Shown here: positions 9,608-19,681 of the stretch, piece after piece | Position numbering within the stretch: the stretch's first letter is position 1 | Layout: every line of letters starts with the position of its first letter | Origin: Chloroflexota bacterium | GTDB taxonomy: Bacteria; Chloroflexota; UBA11872 | Assembly (NCBI GenBank): GCA_022824865.1 | Contig: JAJDZD010000053.1 | Coordinates: 1,462-65,461 of the forward strand | Direction: 5' to 3' | Length of the DNA: 64,000 bases | The notes under the pieces: model-generated | Seen by the model: only the letters and a program-made list of their open reading frames with translations | Told to the model about the DNA's origin: nothing | Database searches by the model: none | Translations under genes and position numbers: made by a program

Positions 9608-10325
9608 TCGCTAGCAGTCTCTCCCAAGTTAGGGCATCTTTGACCTTTGCGGAATGTATCCCGTATGCCTTGGAGAGGTACTCAGCCGAGTCGCCGCTCC
9701 TATGCAGCGACCACAACGACTCCGTCTTGATTCTGGTCGACTCGACACATGGCGCACCAAAGGAAATCTTGGGATCCATCTTGATGGACTGATAAGGGTG
9801 CCACGAATCTGCGTAATGGTCTGGTCCAAACTGCAACCCATGGTGAACAGGAACAAGATAGTCATATAGAATACTCAAGGCGTATTGGCCTTGCGGATGT
9901 ATCGCAAGTAGTCTTTCATGAAACTCCAAGAACGCCTCAGACCCTGAAGTCCAGAGGGATTCGGTTACGAAAGGACTGCGACTTCCTGTGATTTTCCGCG
10001 CGAACTCCTCAGCTTCAAGAATCTCATGGAGCGGTAGACCGCGAGTTCGCAACAAGGCGACCATCCGCATGCGGACCAAATCTTGAAAGCCGACTGTTCG
10101 CTTGTGCCTGGCTACGGTTACAGTGTCGACTTCTAGGCCCTCACGAATCCAAGCAGAGATAGATTTCGTCGAAGTTCGTACGTATCTGCGGCTCCGCTGG
10201 CGCTGCCAGATATTCAATGGCACATCAAAGGCTGGTGTGGTCGCGCGCAAATAAAGTGCGACGTCCTGAATGGTGTAGGCACCCTGCGTGAAGCCACGCT
10301 CGATACTATTCGCAGGCAGAGCCAT
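9597..10325 (-). CDS. DUF433-domain antitoxin with N-terminal HTH (VapB45-like)
   Basis: YTIQDVALYL, GFQDLV, C-terminal DPKISFGAPCVESTRI...YGI....VKDAL.WE DUF433 signature. Confidence 0.8.
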   Translation of the reverse strand: MALPANSIERGFTQGAYTIQDVALYLRATTPAFDVPLNIWQRQRSRRYVRTSTKSISAWIREGLEVDTVTVARHKRTVGFQDLVRMRMVALLRTRGLPLHEILEAEEFARKITGSRSPFVTESLWTSGSEAFLEFHERLLAIHPQGQYALSILYDYLVPVHHGLQFGPDHYADSWHPYQSIKMDPKISFGAPCVESTRIKTESLWSLHRSGDSAEYLSKAYGIHSAKVKDALTWERLLANAH

Positions 10326-11082
10326 CAGAACTCCGGTCGCGTAGTGACGGAAGAAGTCCGTCTCTGTTGTAGTTGCGTCGTGAGATGTGCAGGTTCGGCA
10401 CTCGCTTCACGTTCGGTATTCGTTCGCTCAACCATAGCATGGCGTGTTTAGTCTCGCCACACTGGTGGCTGAGGCTTTCTCGGTCGGTGATGATGTGAAG
10501 CACGATGACCGAAAGACGTTGGAGAGCTTCGAAGGCAGAGCGGAGCGGGACGGATTTTGAGACTCGAAGATCTCCAGGCAACGTGATGGTAGTGACTTGG
10601 ATCACTCGGCTCGTGCGGTTCGATGCCGTATTCCGACGAGAACTGGTTCTAGGCCCAATCCAATCGGCCCTACAGTCGCACTCTTGGCGCGTTCGGCTTC
10701 AACACCTCCGTCACCAGAGAATGCTGCAGGATTGTCATCGTACAGGCATTGGCCGCTTCCGGCAGCTTCGCAAGCGCTGCCAGCCGATCTTACCCTCGCT
10801 CCTGACCGAATTGCACACCGATCTGACCCGCGTACAAGGAAAGTCCAGAACCTGACCGGGCGTGTGGCGGACTGTCGTGGGGCTCCTCGCAGGATTCTTG
10901 GCCGCACGCATTGGTCGTTACCTTAACGACGACCCTGCCTGATCAACGCGGTACCGGCGCCCAACGCGAAGGCCCAGCGCAGCAGCGTCCCGCCGGTCAC
11001 TCGAAGTCATTGAATTCTTCGCCTGTGCTAGCTGTCGGAATGAGCGGCCATGACGCTGGAGAGAGACCCTCGGAGGCGCCCA

Positions 11083-11385
11083 ATGGCCCCGAACTCGTCG
11101 GCATCTTGGCCAAAGGCCTCGACTTGACTGGACTCATGTTGGCGCTCGGGCGCGACTCCGGTGCCGACATCCACTAACTGCGTGCGGAGCCCCTCGCCGA
11201 CCATAACGCCCTCCGCACTGGAGTCCACACTGGCGACCAGCGTCTACGCGAGGACTTCCATTCTGCAATCTAGAACCTACGCACCGATGTCCATGCGCGC
11301 ACCGAGTGCATCGCCCACCTTCAAAGGCGTCATCCAGGAACTGGTGGCCGTCCGAGATGACCGGGATCGCCACACCGCTGCCTGA
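11083..11385 (+). pseudogene. decayed paralog of the 13177-13542 hendecad coiled-coil gene
   Basis: PELVGILAKGLDLTGLML...ADIH*LRAE..ADHNALR...DQRLREDFHSAI*NLRTDVHARTECIAHL/KGVIQEL aligns with MTPELIAILALGITLIGLL...TERTARLEGVVQGL; similar upstream CCTCGGAGnCGCCC; two stops and two frameshifts. Confidence 0.75.
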
Positions 11386-11494
11386 CCGATCCGCTGAGAT
11401 TCGGTGCCAACGGCCTCGCGCATCCCGCTCTCCGAGACACAGGCTCAACTAGAACGTTCTGCTTCGAGGCCGCCTCCCCGCTAAACACCCGCCA

Positions 11495-11756
11495 ACGAAC
11501 CGTCAACCACTCTGAGTTTTAGTGGACCCTCGGCTACATGCGCACCAACAGCATCGAGAGCCTCTGGGTGCTATTCAAGCTCAGCATCAGAGGTGCGTTC
11601 TACCATGTCTCAGCCAAATATCTCGACCGCAATCTCAAAGACTTGGTGTGGCGCTTCTCGAACCGCAAGAACCAGTATCTCTTCATGGGCTCCCTGCAAC
11701 GTCTTCTGGGCACGCCGCTCATGACTTACCAGCAGTTGATGGGCAAGGCTGCCTAA
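11495..11756 (+). pseudogene. IS1595-family transposase C-terminal remnant
   Basis: RTVNHSEF* then TNSIESLWVLFKLSIRGAFYHVSAKYLDRNL..LVWRFSNR, the IS1595 DDE C-terminal pattern; N-terminal part absent. Confidence 0.8.
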
Positions 11757-11761
11757 GGAGA

Positions 11762-13042
11762 TCAGCGCGAGCAGTGTTCAGCGTAGCGGCGTTCGTTCTC
11801 CAGATAGGAGATGAGGACGGGCAAGTCCGAAAGATCTTTGTCCCAATTCAAGTCGCCCAGCCCGTGGCGCTGCGAGTACTCGGCCTGAGCCACCCATACA
11901 AGGGTCATGGTCAAAAGGTCCCGGAAGTAGCCTCGGATGGGGGTCGGGCGCTCCCCATACCGCTCCGCAAGCGCGCCCCCGATCATGAGTTCGGTCCCGA
12001 ATGCCAGCACTTCGTTCCATAAGCAATCGTTATAACTGCCGCTAAGGTTCCACTGCGGGATTGAGGCGTGCGAAAGTTCGTGTGCAAGCAGCGCCGCCAA
12101 GATCCACGGCTTGGCGGACTGAAACCTTCCGCGGTCAATAACGATGTGGTGGGAATCAGGGAAATAGACCCCATAAGCTCCGTCAAGATCACCCCAGGTA
12201 ATTCGCGTGCGGTTGACCGCGTCCCAATTCCAATGTGTCAGCCCAACCGGTTCGAGAATGCTCGGGATATCCAAGGAGGCGAGCAAGTTCCACGCCTCAA
12301 CCAGCCCAGCATCAATCTGCGGACGGGCGGGAGCCGGGCCAGCCTGCCGAGGTCGCTCAGCAGCGAGAGGGCAAGCTGCACTGCGCCACAGACAGCTGTG
12401 CTCGCCGTACGCCACGCCTTGATGTGTCCCCTGCAGGTAAGCATTCACATTGCCTAATGTGAGCACGTACCTGGCAATGTCTGAAGCCAGCGTTGCATCG
12501 GCCCCGCGGGCGAGTGCCACCAGGCGGATGCGCTCAAAGTCGGGGTGATCCTGTAGCGTCGTCTCTGCCGGATTCTGCGCTGGTGGTATGGCCCAAGCAA
12601 ATGTAGTGCGGACGTCAAGCCGATGGTCTTTTCGACACGCAGATTCGGCTGCAAAATCGTGAACGAAAATCCGCTGGTATATATCAACGTTATGGTGATT
12701 TCCCACTGCAGCCTCAACTATGTCGTTGAGTTCGATGCAGCTGGTCGGCCATGCCGTATTGATAGTCGCCGTTGACGATCCACCCAGCGCCCAGGGGAAA
12801 GCCAACCTCACGTCTTCAATGTGATCGGCTTGACAATGTTCCTCAGCATCGTGGTCATAGGCACGCTGGTAAATGCCGACGTTGCCATCATTGCCGAGAT
12901 GCGCCTCAACGATGTCATTGAGATCAACGCAGGTTGTCGGCCATTGCGCCAGCGCCGGCGTCGCCAGTCCAAGCGCCGCCACGATCGCGATAAGCGCCGC
13001 CACAATGCAGCGAACGCAGCGCATCAACCCACGGTTTTCCAA
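11762..13042 (-). CDS. secreted protein with tandem Cys-containing repeat domain and C-terminal HExxH (zincin-like) domain
   Basis: Signal peptide ending ALA; WPTTCVDLNDIVEA / WPTSCIELNDIVEA repeats; LLAHELSH...NEVLAF; true start may be slightly downstream. Confidence 0.75.
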   Translation of the reverse strand: MENRGLMRCVRCIVAALIAIVAALGLATPALAQWPTTCVDLNDIVEAHLGNDGNVGIYQRAYDHDAEEHCQADHIEDVRLAFPWALGGSSTATINTAWPTSCIELNDIVEAAVGNHHNVDIYQRIFVHDFAAESACRKDHRLDVRTTFAWAIPPAQNPAETTLQDHPDFERIRLVALARGADATLASDIARYVLTLGNVNAYLQGTHQGVAYGEHSCLWRSAACPLAAERPRQAGPAPARPQIDAGLVEAWNLLASLDIPSILEPVGLTHWNWDAVNRTRITWGDLDGAYGVYFPDSHHIVIDRGRFQSAKPWILAALLAHELSHASIPQWNLSGSYNDCLWNEVLAFGTELMIGGALAERYGERPTPIRGYFRDLLTMTLVWVAQAEYSQRHGLGDLNWDKDLSDLPVLISYLENERRYAEHCSR

Positions 13043-13176
13043 GGACCGTTCCGCCCAGAACCGGATCCGGCGCGAAGTCTAGCAACGTCCCCCAGTGCAC
13101 AGGCGCATACCTACCCCTTGCTAGACTCTCCCCGGGCGGTCCGTGACCTTGCAGACCTACTCCTCGGAGTCGCCCC

Positions 13177-13542
13177 ATGACCCCCGAACTCATCGCCATC
13201 CTCGCCTTGGGCATAACCCTGATCGGTCTGCTCATCACGTCCCGACGTGACGCCCGCGCCGACAACCAGGCCCTAAGAGCCGAATTTCGCGCCGACAATC
13301 AGCGCCTGCGTGAGGAAGTCCGCGCCGAAAACCACGCTCTCCGTGCCGAAGTTCAGGCCGGATTCCAGAATCTCCGAGAAGAGGTCCACGCCGGCAATCG
13401 CGCCCTCCGCGCCGAGGTCCACGCCGACAACCAGCGCCTGCGCCAGGACGTCCAGGCGCTTACCGAGCGCACGGCCCGCCTCGAAGGCGTCGTCCAGGGC
13501 CTCGCCGCCACCAGCCCCGACCGCCGCGACGACGACGCCTGA
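13177..13542 (+). CDS. membrane-anchored coiled-coil protein with six 11-aa repeats
   Basis: GGAG RBS; N-terminal TM; RADNQALRAEF/RADNQRLREEV/RAENHALRAEV... repeats; TARLEG C-terminus. Confidence 0.8.
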   Translation: MTPELIAILALGITLIGLLITSRRDARADNQALRAEFRADNQRLREEVRAENHALRAEVQAGFQNLREEVHAGNRALRAEVHADNQRLRQDVQALTERTARLEGVVQGLAATSPDRRDDDA

Positions 13543-13653
13543 CCAACCCGACCAACGTCGCGCTCGGCCAACGCATCCCCGCAGGCCCCTGCTAGCCCCT
13601 CGGCCGCGGGCCGAACCAGTCGTTTCGAAGCCGAGAACCTAGACTCCGGCAGG

Positions 13654-14376
13654 ATGGCCGCACGCCAACGATCCAGAGCCGCTGGGAGGCAACGAATCTC
13701 CGATTTCCCCGCCCAAACACACACCCGGTCGTCGTACCGCGGTCGGTACTTCGACTGGCCGCTTTGGCTCGCCTGGATCGCGGCCACCACCGGCGGTTGG
13801 GCCCTGGCCGAGATCGTCTTCCTGGTCCTTTTCGACACGTTCGCCATCGTCGCGTGGCTAAGGGGCGACCCGGGAATCGGAGTCTTTGTGGCGGTACTGC
13901 AGGCCTTCGTGTTACGTCGGCGCCTCACCCAGCCCGGCTGGTGGATCGTGGCCGGCGGTGTCGGCGGTGTTCTGGGTTCGTTGGCCAGCACCTACGTGAA
14001 TGCGACCGTCTTTGCGGCATTTGGGGTCCACGGAGTATTCGTAGCCACGCTTCTTCTGACCGCGCTCGGAGTCGGAATCCTGCTCGGAACGCTTCAGTGG
14101 CTGGTCCTGCGACGGCAGGTATCCCGGGCAGCCTGGTGGGTGCCGGCTACCTGTCTCGGCATGGTCGCCGGCACCGTCCTGGGTGGATTCGTAGCCGGCG
14201 TGGCGCTCTCGGTCGTCAGTGACGGCCTCGGCCAAGAACCCGGTCTGACAACCATCAACATCGCAACCGGCTTTGTGGGCGCCACGCTTCACGCCGCCAT
14301 CACCGGCTCCGCCTTGATCCGCCTCCTGCAATCCCCGGCGCCCATTGCCGACGACGCCCTGCCCACCCTGCGCTGA
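13654..14376 (+). CDS. hypothetical multi-pass membrane protein (Q..VLRR...WW repeat)
   Basis: Six to seven hydrophobic segments; internal duplication LQAFVLRRRLTQPGWWI / LQWLVLRRQVSRAAWWV. Confidence 0.75.
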   Translation: MAARQRSRAAGRQRISDFPAQTHTRSSYRGRYFDWPLWLAWIAATTGGWALAEIVFLVLFDTFAIVAWLRGDPGIGVFVAVLQAFVLRRRLTQPGWWIVAGGVGGVLGSLASTYVNATVFAAFGVHGVFVATLLLTALGVGILLGTLQWLVLRRQVSRAAWWVPATCLGMVAGTVLGGFVAGVALSVVSDGLGQEPGLTTINIATGFVGATLHAAITGSALIRLLQSPAPIADDALPTLR

Positions 14377-14837
14377 CTCCCCCCGCCTGCGTCGGCTCCA
14401 CCGGGTCGCCGATACCCCGACTTCGCCCTGAAACTTGCCCCTCGTATGCAGCAAGTGTACACTAGCGGGAGACCGCACACAACCCTCACCCGGAGGTCCC
14501 CCTGCTCCCTCCCCCAATCCCCATTCCGCGATCACCGGCGCCTGATTCGACTGTCCCTGCCAAGTCGTCCAGTCCCCTGGTCCCAATCCGTCTCCTCCTC
14601 TGCCTGCTTCAATCCCTGCTCAACCTCAACCTCATCCCGTTCTCGCTCCCTTTGCCCCCGCCCGTGCCACGCCCCGCACCCCACACCATCACCCTCATCC
14701 CGTCCGCATTGAGTTCCTCAGCCACCCCCACACCCCCACCAGCCGCCCCGTCCCGCGCCCGGCCCGGCCCAAAATCCCCAAATTCCTCCCGCCCCACCAC
14801 GCCCCAAACCCCGCCAAAATGCACCCCGCCGCACCTC

Positions 14838-14861
14838 AAGAGTTTTTTGGAAAAAACTCTT
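14838..14861. promoter_or_regulatory. AT-rich perfect inverted repeat AAGAGTTTTTT-GG-AAAAAACTCTT
   Basis: 11-bp arms in a C-rich intergenic region about 190 bp upstream of the ABC operon; function unknown. Confidence 0.4.
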
Positions 14862-15054
14862 AATGCGCGCGAGACCGCCCATTCCGCCCCCCTCCCCGGT
14901 CCGGTCCCGCCGCCGTCTGCGCTCTCCCCGCCTCCCTTCTTCCCTCTCACTGCTCACTCCTGTGCCCTCGCTCCTCGCCATCCCCCTACACTGCCTCCCG
15001 AGTCCGGGCGGTCTCAGGCATTGCCACCACGCAATGCCTCGCTAGGCTGAACGC

Positions 15055-16038
15055 ATGCCCCCCGATGTCTCCGTCCGCCAGCTCGTCAAGCACTACGTCG
15101 TCCCCGAACGCGCCGGCGGCCTCCGCGCCTCCTTCCGCAGCGTCCTCCGCCGCAAGCACCGCCTCGTCCGCGCCGTCGACGGCATCTCGTTCGAGGTCGA
15201 CCGCGGCGAAGTCGTCGGCTTCCTCGGCCCCAACGGCGCCGGCAAAACCACCGCCCTCAAAGTCCTCAGCGGCCTGCTCCACCCCACCGACGGCCAGGTC
15301 GACGTCCTCGGCTACACCCCCTGGGACCGCCGCGCCGAATACCTCTCCCGCATCACCCTCATCATGGGCCAGCGCCAGCAGCTCTTCTGGGACCTCCCCG
15401 CCGCCGATTCCTTCCTCGTCAACAAGGCCGTCTTCGGCATCAACGACGCCGTCTACAAGCGCACCGTCGACCTTCTGACCGATCTGCTCGACCTTGGCGA
15501 CCTCCTCACCAAGCCCGTCCGCCAGCTATCCCTCGGCGAACGCATGAAGGTCGAACTCGCCGCCGGCCTGCTGCACACGCCCCGCGTGCTCTTCCTGGAC
15601 GAGCCCACCATCGGCCTCGACGTCACCATGCAGCAGCGCATCCGCGAGTTCGTCACCGCCTACAACGCCGAAACCGGCGCTACCGTCCTCCTCACCAGCC
15701 ACTACATGGCCGACGTCAAGGCCCTGGCCCGCCGCGTCATCGTCATCGATCAAGGCCAGTTGCTCTACGACGGCGCCCTCGCGGGCCTCGTACAACGCTA
15801 CGCCCCCCACAAGACCATCACCGTCCACCTCGAGCGCGAGGCCGACCTCCCCGACCTCAACGGCCAGGCCGAACTCCTAAGCGTCGACGGCCTCCAGGTC
15901 ACCGTCCGCGCCGGCAAGGACGACGCCCCCGAAGTCACCGGCCGCCTGCTCACCCAACTCCCCATCGCCGACCTCAGCGTCGAGGACCCGCCCCTCGAGG
16001 AGGTCATCGACCAGGTCTTCCGCGGAGAAGGCCCGTGA
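15055..16038 (+). CDS. ABC transporter ATP-binding protein
   Basis: GPNGAGKTT Walker A, LSLGER signature, LFLDEPT Walker B. Confidence 0.95.
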   Translation: MPPDVSVRQLVKHYVVPERAGGLRASFRSVLRRKHRLVRAVDGISFEVDRGEVVGFLGPNGAGKTTALKVLSGLLHPTDGQVDVLGYTPWDRRAEYLSRITLIMGQRQQLFWDLPAADSFLVNKAVFGINDAVYKRTVDLLTDLLDLGDLLTKPVRQLSLGERMKVELAAGLLHTPRVLFLDEPTIGLDVTMQQRIREFVTAYNAETGATVLLTSHYMADVKALARRVIVIDQGQLLYDGALAGLVQRYAPHKTITVHLEREADLPDLNGQAELLSVDGLQVTVRAGKDDAPEVTGRLLTQLPIADLSVEDPPLEEVIDQVFRGEGP

Positions 16039-16841
16039 CCATCCGCCGCGCCACCCTGGCCGGCGCGCTCGCCCTAACCCGCGCCGAAGTCGCCGACATG
16101 TTCCAGTACCGGGTGGTGCTCTTCTTGTACTCCCTCTGGGAAGTCGTCCACCCCATCGTCTACCTGGCCGTCTGGGGCGCCATTGCCGGCGAAGGCGATG
16201 TCGGCGGCCTGCGCCTCAGCGACTTCGCCGCCTATTACCTCACCTTCATGCTCGTGTCTCATGTCACGGCGGCCATCGAGATCTACACCTTCGGCCCGAT
16301 GATCCAGCAGGGCGAACTCTCGCCCCACCTGCTCCGCCCCATGAACCCCGTCTGGGTCGCCGCCGCCCGCAACATCTCTTACAAGAGCGTCAGCATGCTG
16401 CTGCTCATCCCCGTCTGGATCGGCCTCGTCATCATCCTGCGCCCCTCATTCACCGTCACAGCCGGCAGCACGGCCCTGTTCGTCGTATCGCTGGTCGTGG
16501 CCGCGCTTCTCTCATTCCTCGTGGGAACCACCTTCGCTCTCCTGGCCTTCTGGACCACCCGTTCGTTCTCCTTCTGGGAGATCTGGATCGGCCTCACTTT
16601 CCTTCTCGGCGGCCAGGTCGCGCCGGTCGAACTTCTCCCCGGCTTCGTCCAGAACCTCGCCACCGCCCTCCCAATGCGCTACACCCTCGGCTTCCCCATC
16701 GAGGTCCTGCTCAACCGCCTCGACGCCGGCGAGCTGGCCCTCGGTTTCGCCCTTCAGTTCGCCTGGCTCATCGCCGCCGCCCTGATCGTCCGCACCGTCT
16801 GGCGCGCCGGCATCCGCCAGTACTCCGCCGTGGGCGCCTGA
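16035..16841 (+). CDS. ABC-2 family permease (DUF990-like)
   Basis: Hydrophobic; G.LS..LLRP; ends YSAVGA; coupled to the ATPase. Confidence 0.9.
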   Translation: MTIRRATLAGALALTRAEVADMFQYRVVLFLYSLWEVVHPIVYLAVWGAIAGEGDVGGLRLSDFAAYYLTFMLVSHVTAAIEIYTFGPMIQQGELSPHLLRPMNPVWVAAARNISYKSVSMLLLIPVWIGLVIILRPSFTVTAGSTALFVVSLVVAALLSFLVGTTFALLAFWTTRSFSFWEIWIGLTFLLGGQVAPVELLPGFVQNLATALPMRYTLGFPIEVLLNRLDAGELALGFALQFAWLIAAALIVRTVWRAGIRQYSAVGA

Positions 16842-16843
16842 CC

Positions 16844-17629
16844 ATGCGCATCCTCCGCATCGTCTCCGCCTTCCTGCGGGCGGCGATCCTCAAGGAAACC
16901 GCCTACCGCGCCGAACTCGTCGGCAACCTCTTCCGCAGCGTTATCGGCATCGCCGTGGCCGTCGGCGGCCTGGCCGTCGTGTTTTCCCACACCAGCGAAC
17001 TCAGCGGCTGGCGCCTCGAGCAGGCCATGGTCCTGCTCGGTGTCTACTACCTGGTTCAGGGGATCGTCCAGACCGCCCTCAGCCCCAGCCTCAACGAGGT
17101 CGTCAGCGAAGTCCGCAAGGGCACCTTCGACTATGTCTTGCTGAAGCCCGTCCCCTCGCTGCTGCTCTCCAGCACCCGTCGTTTCGTCGTCTGGCACGTC
17201 GCCGACGTGATGCTGGGCGGAGCAATCATCGCCATCGGACTGATCCGCCTGGAAGCCCAGATCACTTTCGGCGTCGCCGCCGTCTTCGTCGGTGTCATGG
17301 TGGGCGGCGTCGCCATCGTGTTCTCGATCTGGCTGGCGCTCACCACGCTGGTCTTCTGGTTCGTGCGCGTCGAGAACATCACCATGATCTTCCAGCTCTT
17401 CTTCGACACCGGCCGCTACCCCGTCGAGATTTACCCCTTCTGGCTCCGCCAGTTGCTGACCTTCGTCTTCCCTGTCGCATTCATCACCACCGTCCCCGCC
17501 CAGACCATCACCGGCCGCGAACCGCTGGTCGCCATCTGGCTGGCGCCCCTTATCGGCGTCCTCGCGCTGCTGGCCGCCGCCCGCTTCTGGCGCATCGGCC
17601 TCAGCCGCTACACCAGCGCCTCAAGCTGA
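16844..17629 (+). CDS. ABC-2 family permease (DUF990-like)
   Basis: GTFDYVLLKP, RYPVEIYP, ends YTSASS. Confidence 0.9.
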   Translation: MRILRIVSAFLRAAILKETAYRAELVGNLFRSVIGIAVAVGGLAVVFSHTSELSGWRLEQAMVLLGVYYLVQGIVQTALSPSLNEVVSEVRKGTFDYVLLKPVPSLLLSSTRRFVVWHVADVMLGGAIIAIGLIRLEAQITFGVAAVFVGVMVGGVAIVFSIWLALTTLVFWFVRVENITMIFQLFFDTGRYPVEIYPFWLRQLLTFVFPVAFITTVPAQTITGREPLVAIWLAPLIGVLALLAAARFWRIGLSRYTSASS

Positions 17630-18307
17630 ACTCGCGGCCAACTCGCGAGCCCGAACCAGCACCGCGTCCAACATCGGCGGCGTCAGCCGCCCCGTAAACG
17701 TGTTCTGCTGGCTCGGGTGGTACGCCCCCAGCAACGTCCACTCCTCAACCGCCGCTTCCACCCCGTGCCCAAACCTCGGCGCCGGCCGAGGCACTGTCAG
17801 TCCCCGCTCTCTGAACACCCGCAGCAACTGCCGCCACGCCTCCCCACCCAGCGCCACCGCCACCCGAGCATTCGCCAACAGATCCAACTCGGCCTCCAGC
17901 CACCGCTGGCACTCCGCGCGCTCCTCGGCCGTCGGCCGGTTCGCCGGCGGCGCGCACCGCACGATCGCCGTCACAAACGCATCGCGCAGTTCCATTCCGT
18001 CGCCCCGGCGCCGGCTCTCCGCTTGGCTCGCAAATCCCGCGCGATGCAGCGCCCCAAACAGGAAATCCCCCGACCTATCCCCCGTAAACACCCGTCCGGT
18101 CCGGTTCCCCCCGTGCGCCGCCGGCGCCAGCCCGACCAGCAGCACCCGAGCTTCCGGATCGCCAAACCCCGCAACCGGCCGACCCCAGTATGTTTGGTCG
18201 CGATAGGCTGCCCGCTTCGTCCGCGCCACCTCCTCCCGCCAGGCCACAAGCCGCGCACACCGGCGACAGCCATGTATCTGCCCCTCCAGCGCCGCCAGTT
18301 CGCTCAC
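17621..18307 (-). CDS. uracil-DNA glycosylase family 5 (UdgB-like, Fe-S)
   Basis: CRRCARL, GLAPAAHGGNRTGRVFTGD, RCAPPANRP, HPSQQNT. Confidence 0.92.
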   Translation of the reverse strand: MSELAALEGQIHGCRRCARLVAWREEVARTKRAAYRDQTYWGRPVAGFGDPEARVLLVGLAPAAHGGNRTGRVFTGDRSGDFLFGALHRAGFASQAESRRRGDGMELRDAFVTAIVRCAPPANRPTAEERAECQRWLEAELDLLANARVAVALGGEAWRQLLRVFRERGLTVPRPAPRFGHGVEAAVEEWTLLGAYHPSQQNTFTGRLTPPMLDAVLVRARELAASSA

Positions 18308-19233
18308 GCCGCCGCGGCCGCCCTCGTCACTCGCTCCAGGAACGGCCGCGCCAGCGCCAGCAATTCACCCGGTCGCTCCTCCTGCACCAGGTGTCCTGCC
18401 ATCTCGACGATCCGGATTTCCGCATCGCGAAACTGCTCCGCCAGCGCCTCCGCCTGCGACGAAGCCGCGGTTCGGTCTGCCTCCCCCCAAACCAGCAGCA
18501 CCGGACACCGCGTCGCGGCAATGGCGTCTTCATAGTCCGATGGATCCACCCCCCGCAGCATCGCCGGCAGCGCCTCAAAGAACCCGGGACTTCCGTACGG
18601 CAGGTACTGCCGGTCCACGTCAGCCTCCGTTGTTGCCCAGGCGTCGTACCGTCCCAGCATCTGCCCCACGCGCACGTACCAGCGTTGCGCATACAGCCGC
18701 CGCGCCATCGCCGCCGAAGCCCCTGGCATCAGCTTCCCGAGCTTGATCGACCAGCGGATGTACCGACCGGCAACCAGGAACGGATCGACAAGCAACAGGC
18801 CAAGCACGCGCTCCGGGTGCAATGCGGCCAGGGACACCGCCGCCTGCGCGCCGGCGGAGCTTGCCACCAGGACAACTCGCGACAGCTGGTGCTCGTCCAG
18901 CCACTCCCCCAGTCGGTCCGCCTGCGCCTCGCCGTCATACCGCGCATCCGCCGGCTTGTCGGACAGGCCGTGTCCCAGCGGATCCAGCCAGTGCACCCGG
19001 TACTCACGCGCCAGCGCCGGCGTAACAAACTCCCAGGTCTGTGAATTTCCGGCGAACCCTGGCAGCAGAACCAGGTCGGGTCCGGCGCCGAAACTGCGGC
19101 TATACACGCGGCCCTCACGCAGCGGCGTGCGGTGCCCGTCCTCCAGGTGGTCCGTGATGTCATACGGTTCCGGACGGCCGCGAAAGGCAAACCACGCCGC
19201 CGCCACTGCCGCGGCCAGCGCCAGCTTTCTCAC
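18304..19233 (-). CDS. alpha/beta fold hydrolase with N-terminal anchor
   Basis: LLPGFAG, DPLGHGLSDKP, ASSAG nucleophile, VWGEAD, AGHLVQEE; GTG start chosen. Confidence 0.85.
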   Translation of the reverse strand: MRKLALAAAVAAAWFAFRGRPEPYDITDHLEDGHRTPLREGRVYSRSFGAGPDLVLLPGFAGNSQTWEFVTPALAREYRVHWLDPLGHGLSDKPADARYDGEAQADRLGEWLDEHQLSRVVLVASSAGAQAAVSLAALHPERVLGLLLVDPFLVAGRYIRWSIKLGKLMPGASAAMARRLYAQRWYVRVGQMLGRYDAWATTEADVDRQYLPYGSPGFFEALPAMLRGVDPSDYEDAIAATRCPVLLVWGEADRTAASSQAEALAEQFRDAEIRIVEMAGHLVQEERPGELLALARPFLERVTRAAAAA

Positions 19234-19348
19234 GCAGAATCTCCCTGGGTCGCCACTACCTCTCCCTATGCTAGGCTGCGACTTCGCAGCCCGTCGCGCC
19301 GGGCCCGCCGTTGCGCGACGCAAACCACCTACTGAGAACAGCCCGCCT

Positions 19349-19681
19349 GTGCGCACTTACGAGCTTGTGGTGATCTACGGGGTCGAGCAAGTCCCCGAAC
19401 TCACTGCCGCCCACATTGACGCCGTAACCGAACGCATCAGCGCGCACGGTGGCGAAGTCGATACCGCCAACACCTGGGGCCGCCGCAAATTCGCCTACCC
19501 CATCAAGAAGCAGCGTGAGGGGCATTACGTCCTCCTCAAGTTCACCATCGACCCCGCCAACATCGGCGAGCTTGAGGCCTCCCTGCGCCTTGTCGAAGAC
19601 GTCACCCGCTTCCTTATCGTCGCCGAAGATCCCGAAGTGGCCGCCTACGAAGCCAAGCAACTGGCCGAGCTTCATCGGTGA
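19349..19681 (+). CDS. rpsF: 30S ribosomal protein S6
   Basis: RTYELVVI...WGRRKFAYPIKK..EGHY; rpsF-ssb-rpsR synteny. Confidence 0.95.
   Translation: MRTYELVVIYGVEQVPELTAAHIDAVTERISAHGGEVDTANTWGRRKFAYPIKKQREGHYVLLKFTIDPANIGELEASLRLVEDVTRFLIVAEDPEVAAYEAKQLAELHR

Noticed and set aside
10326-11080. Short ORFs upstream of the DUF433 gene
   Set aside because: Overlapping, motif-less ORFs on both strands; probably decayed DNA, nothing assignable
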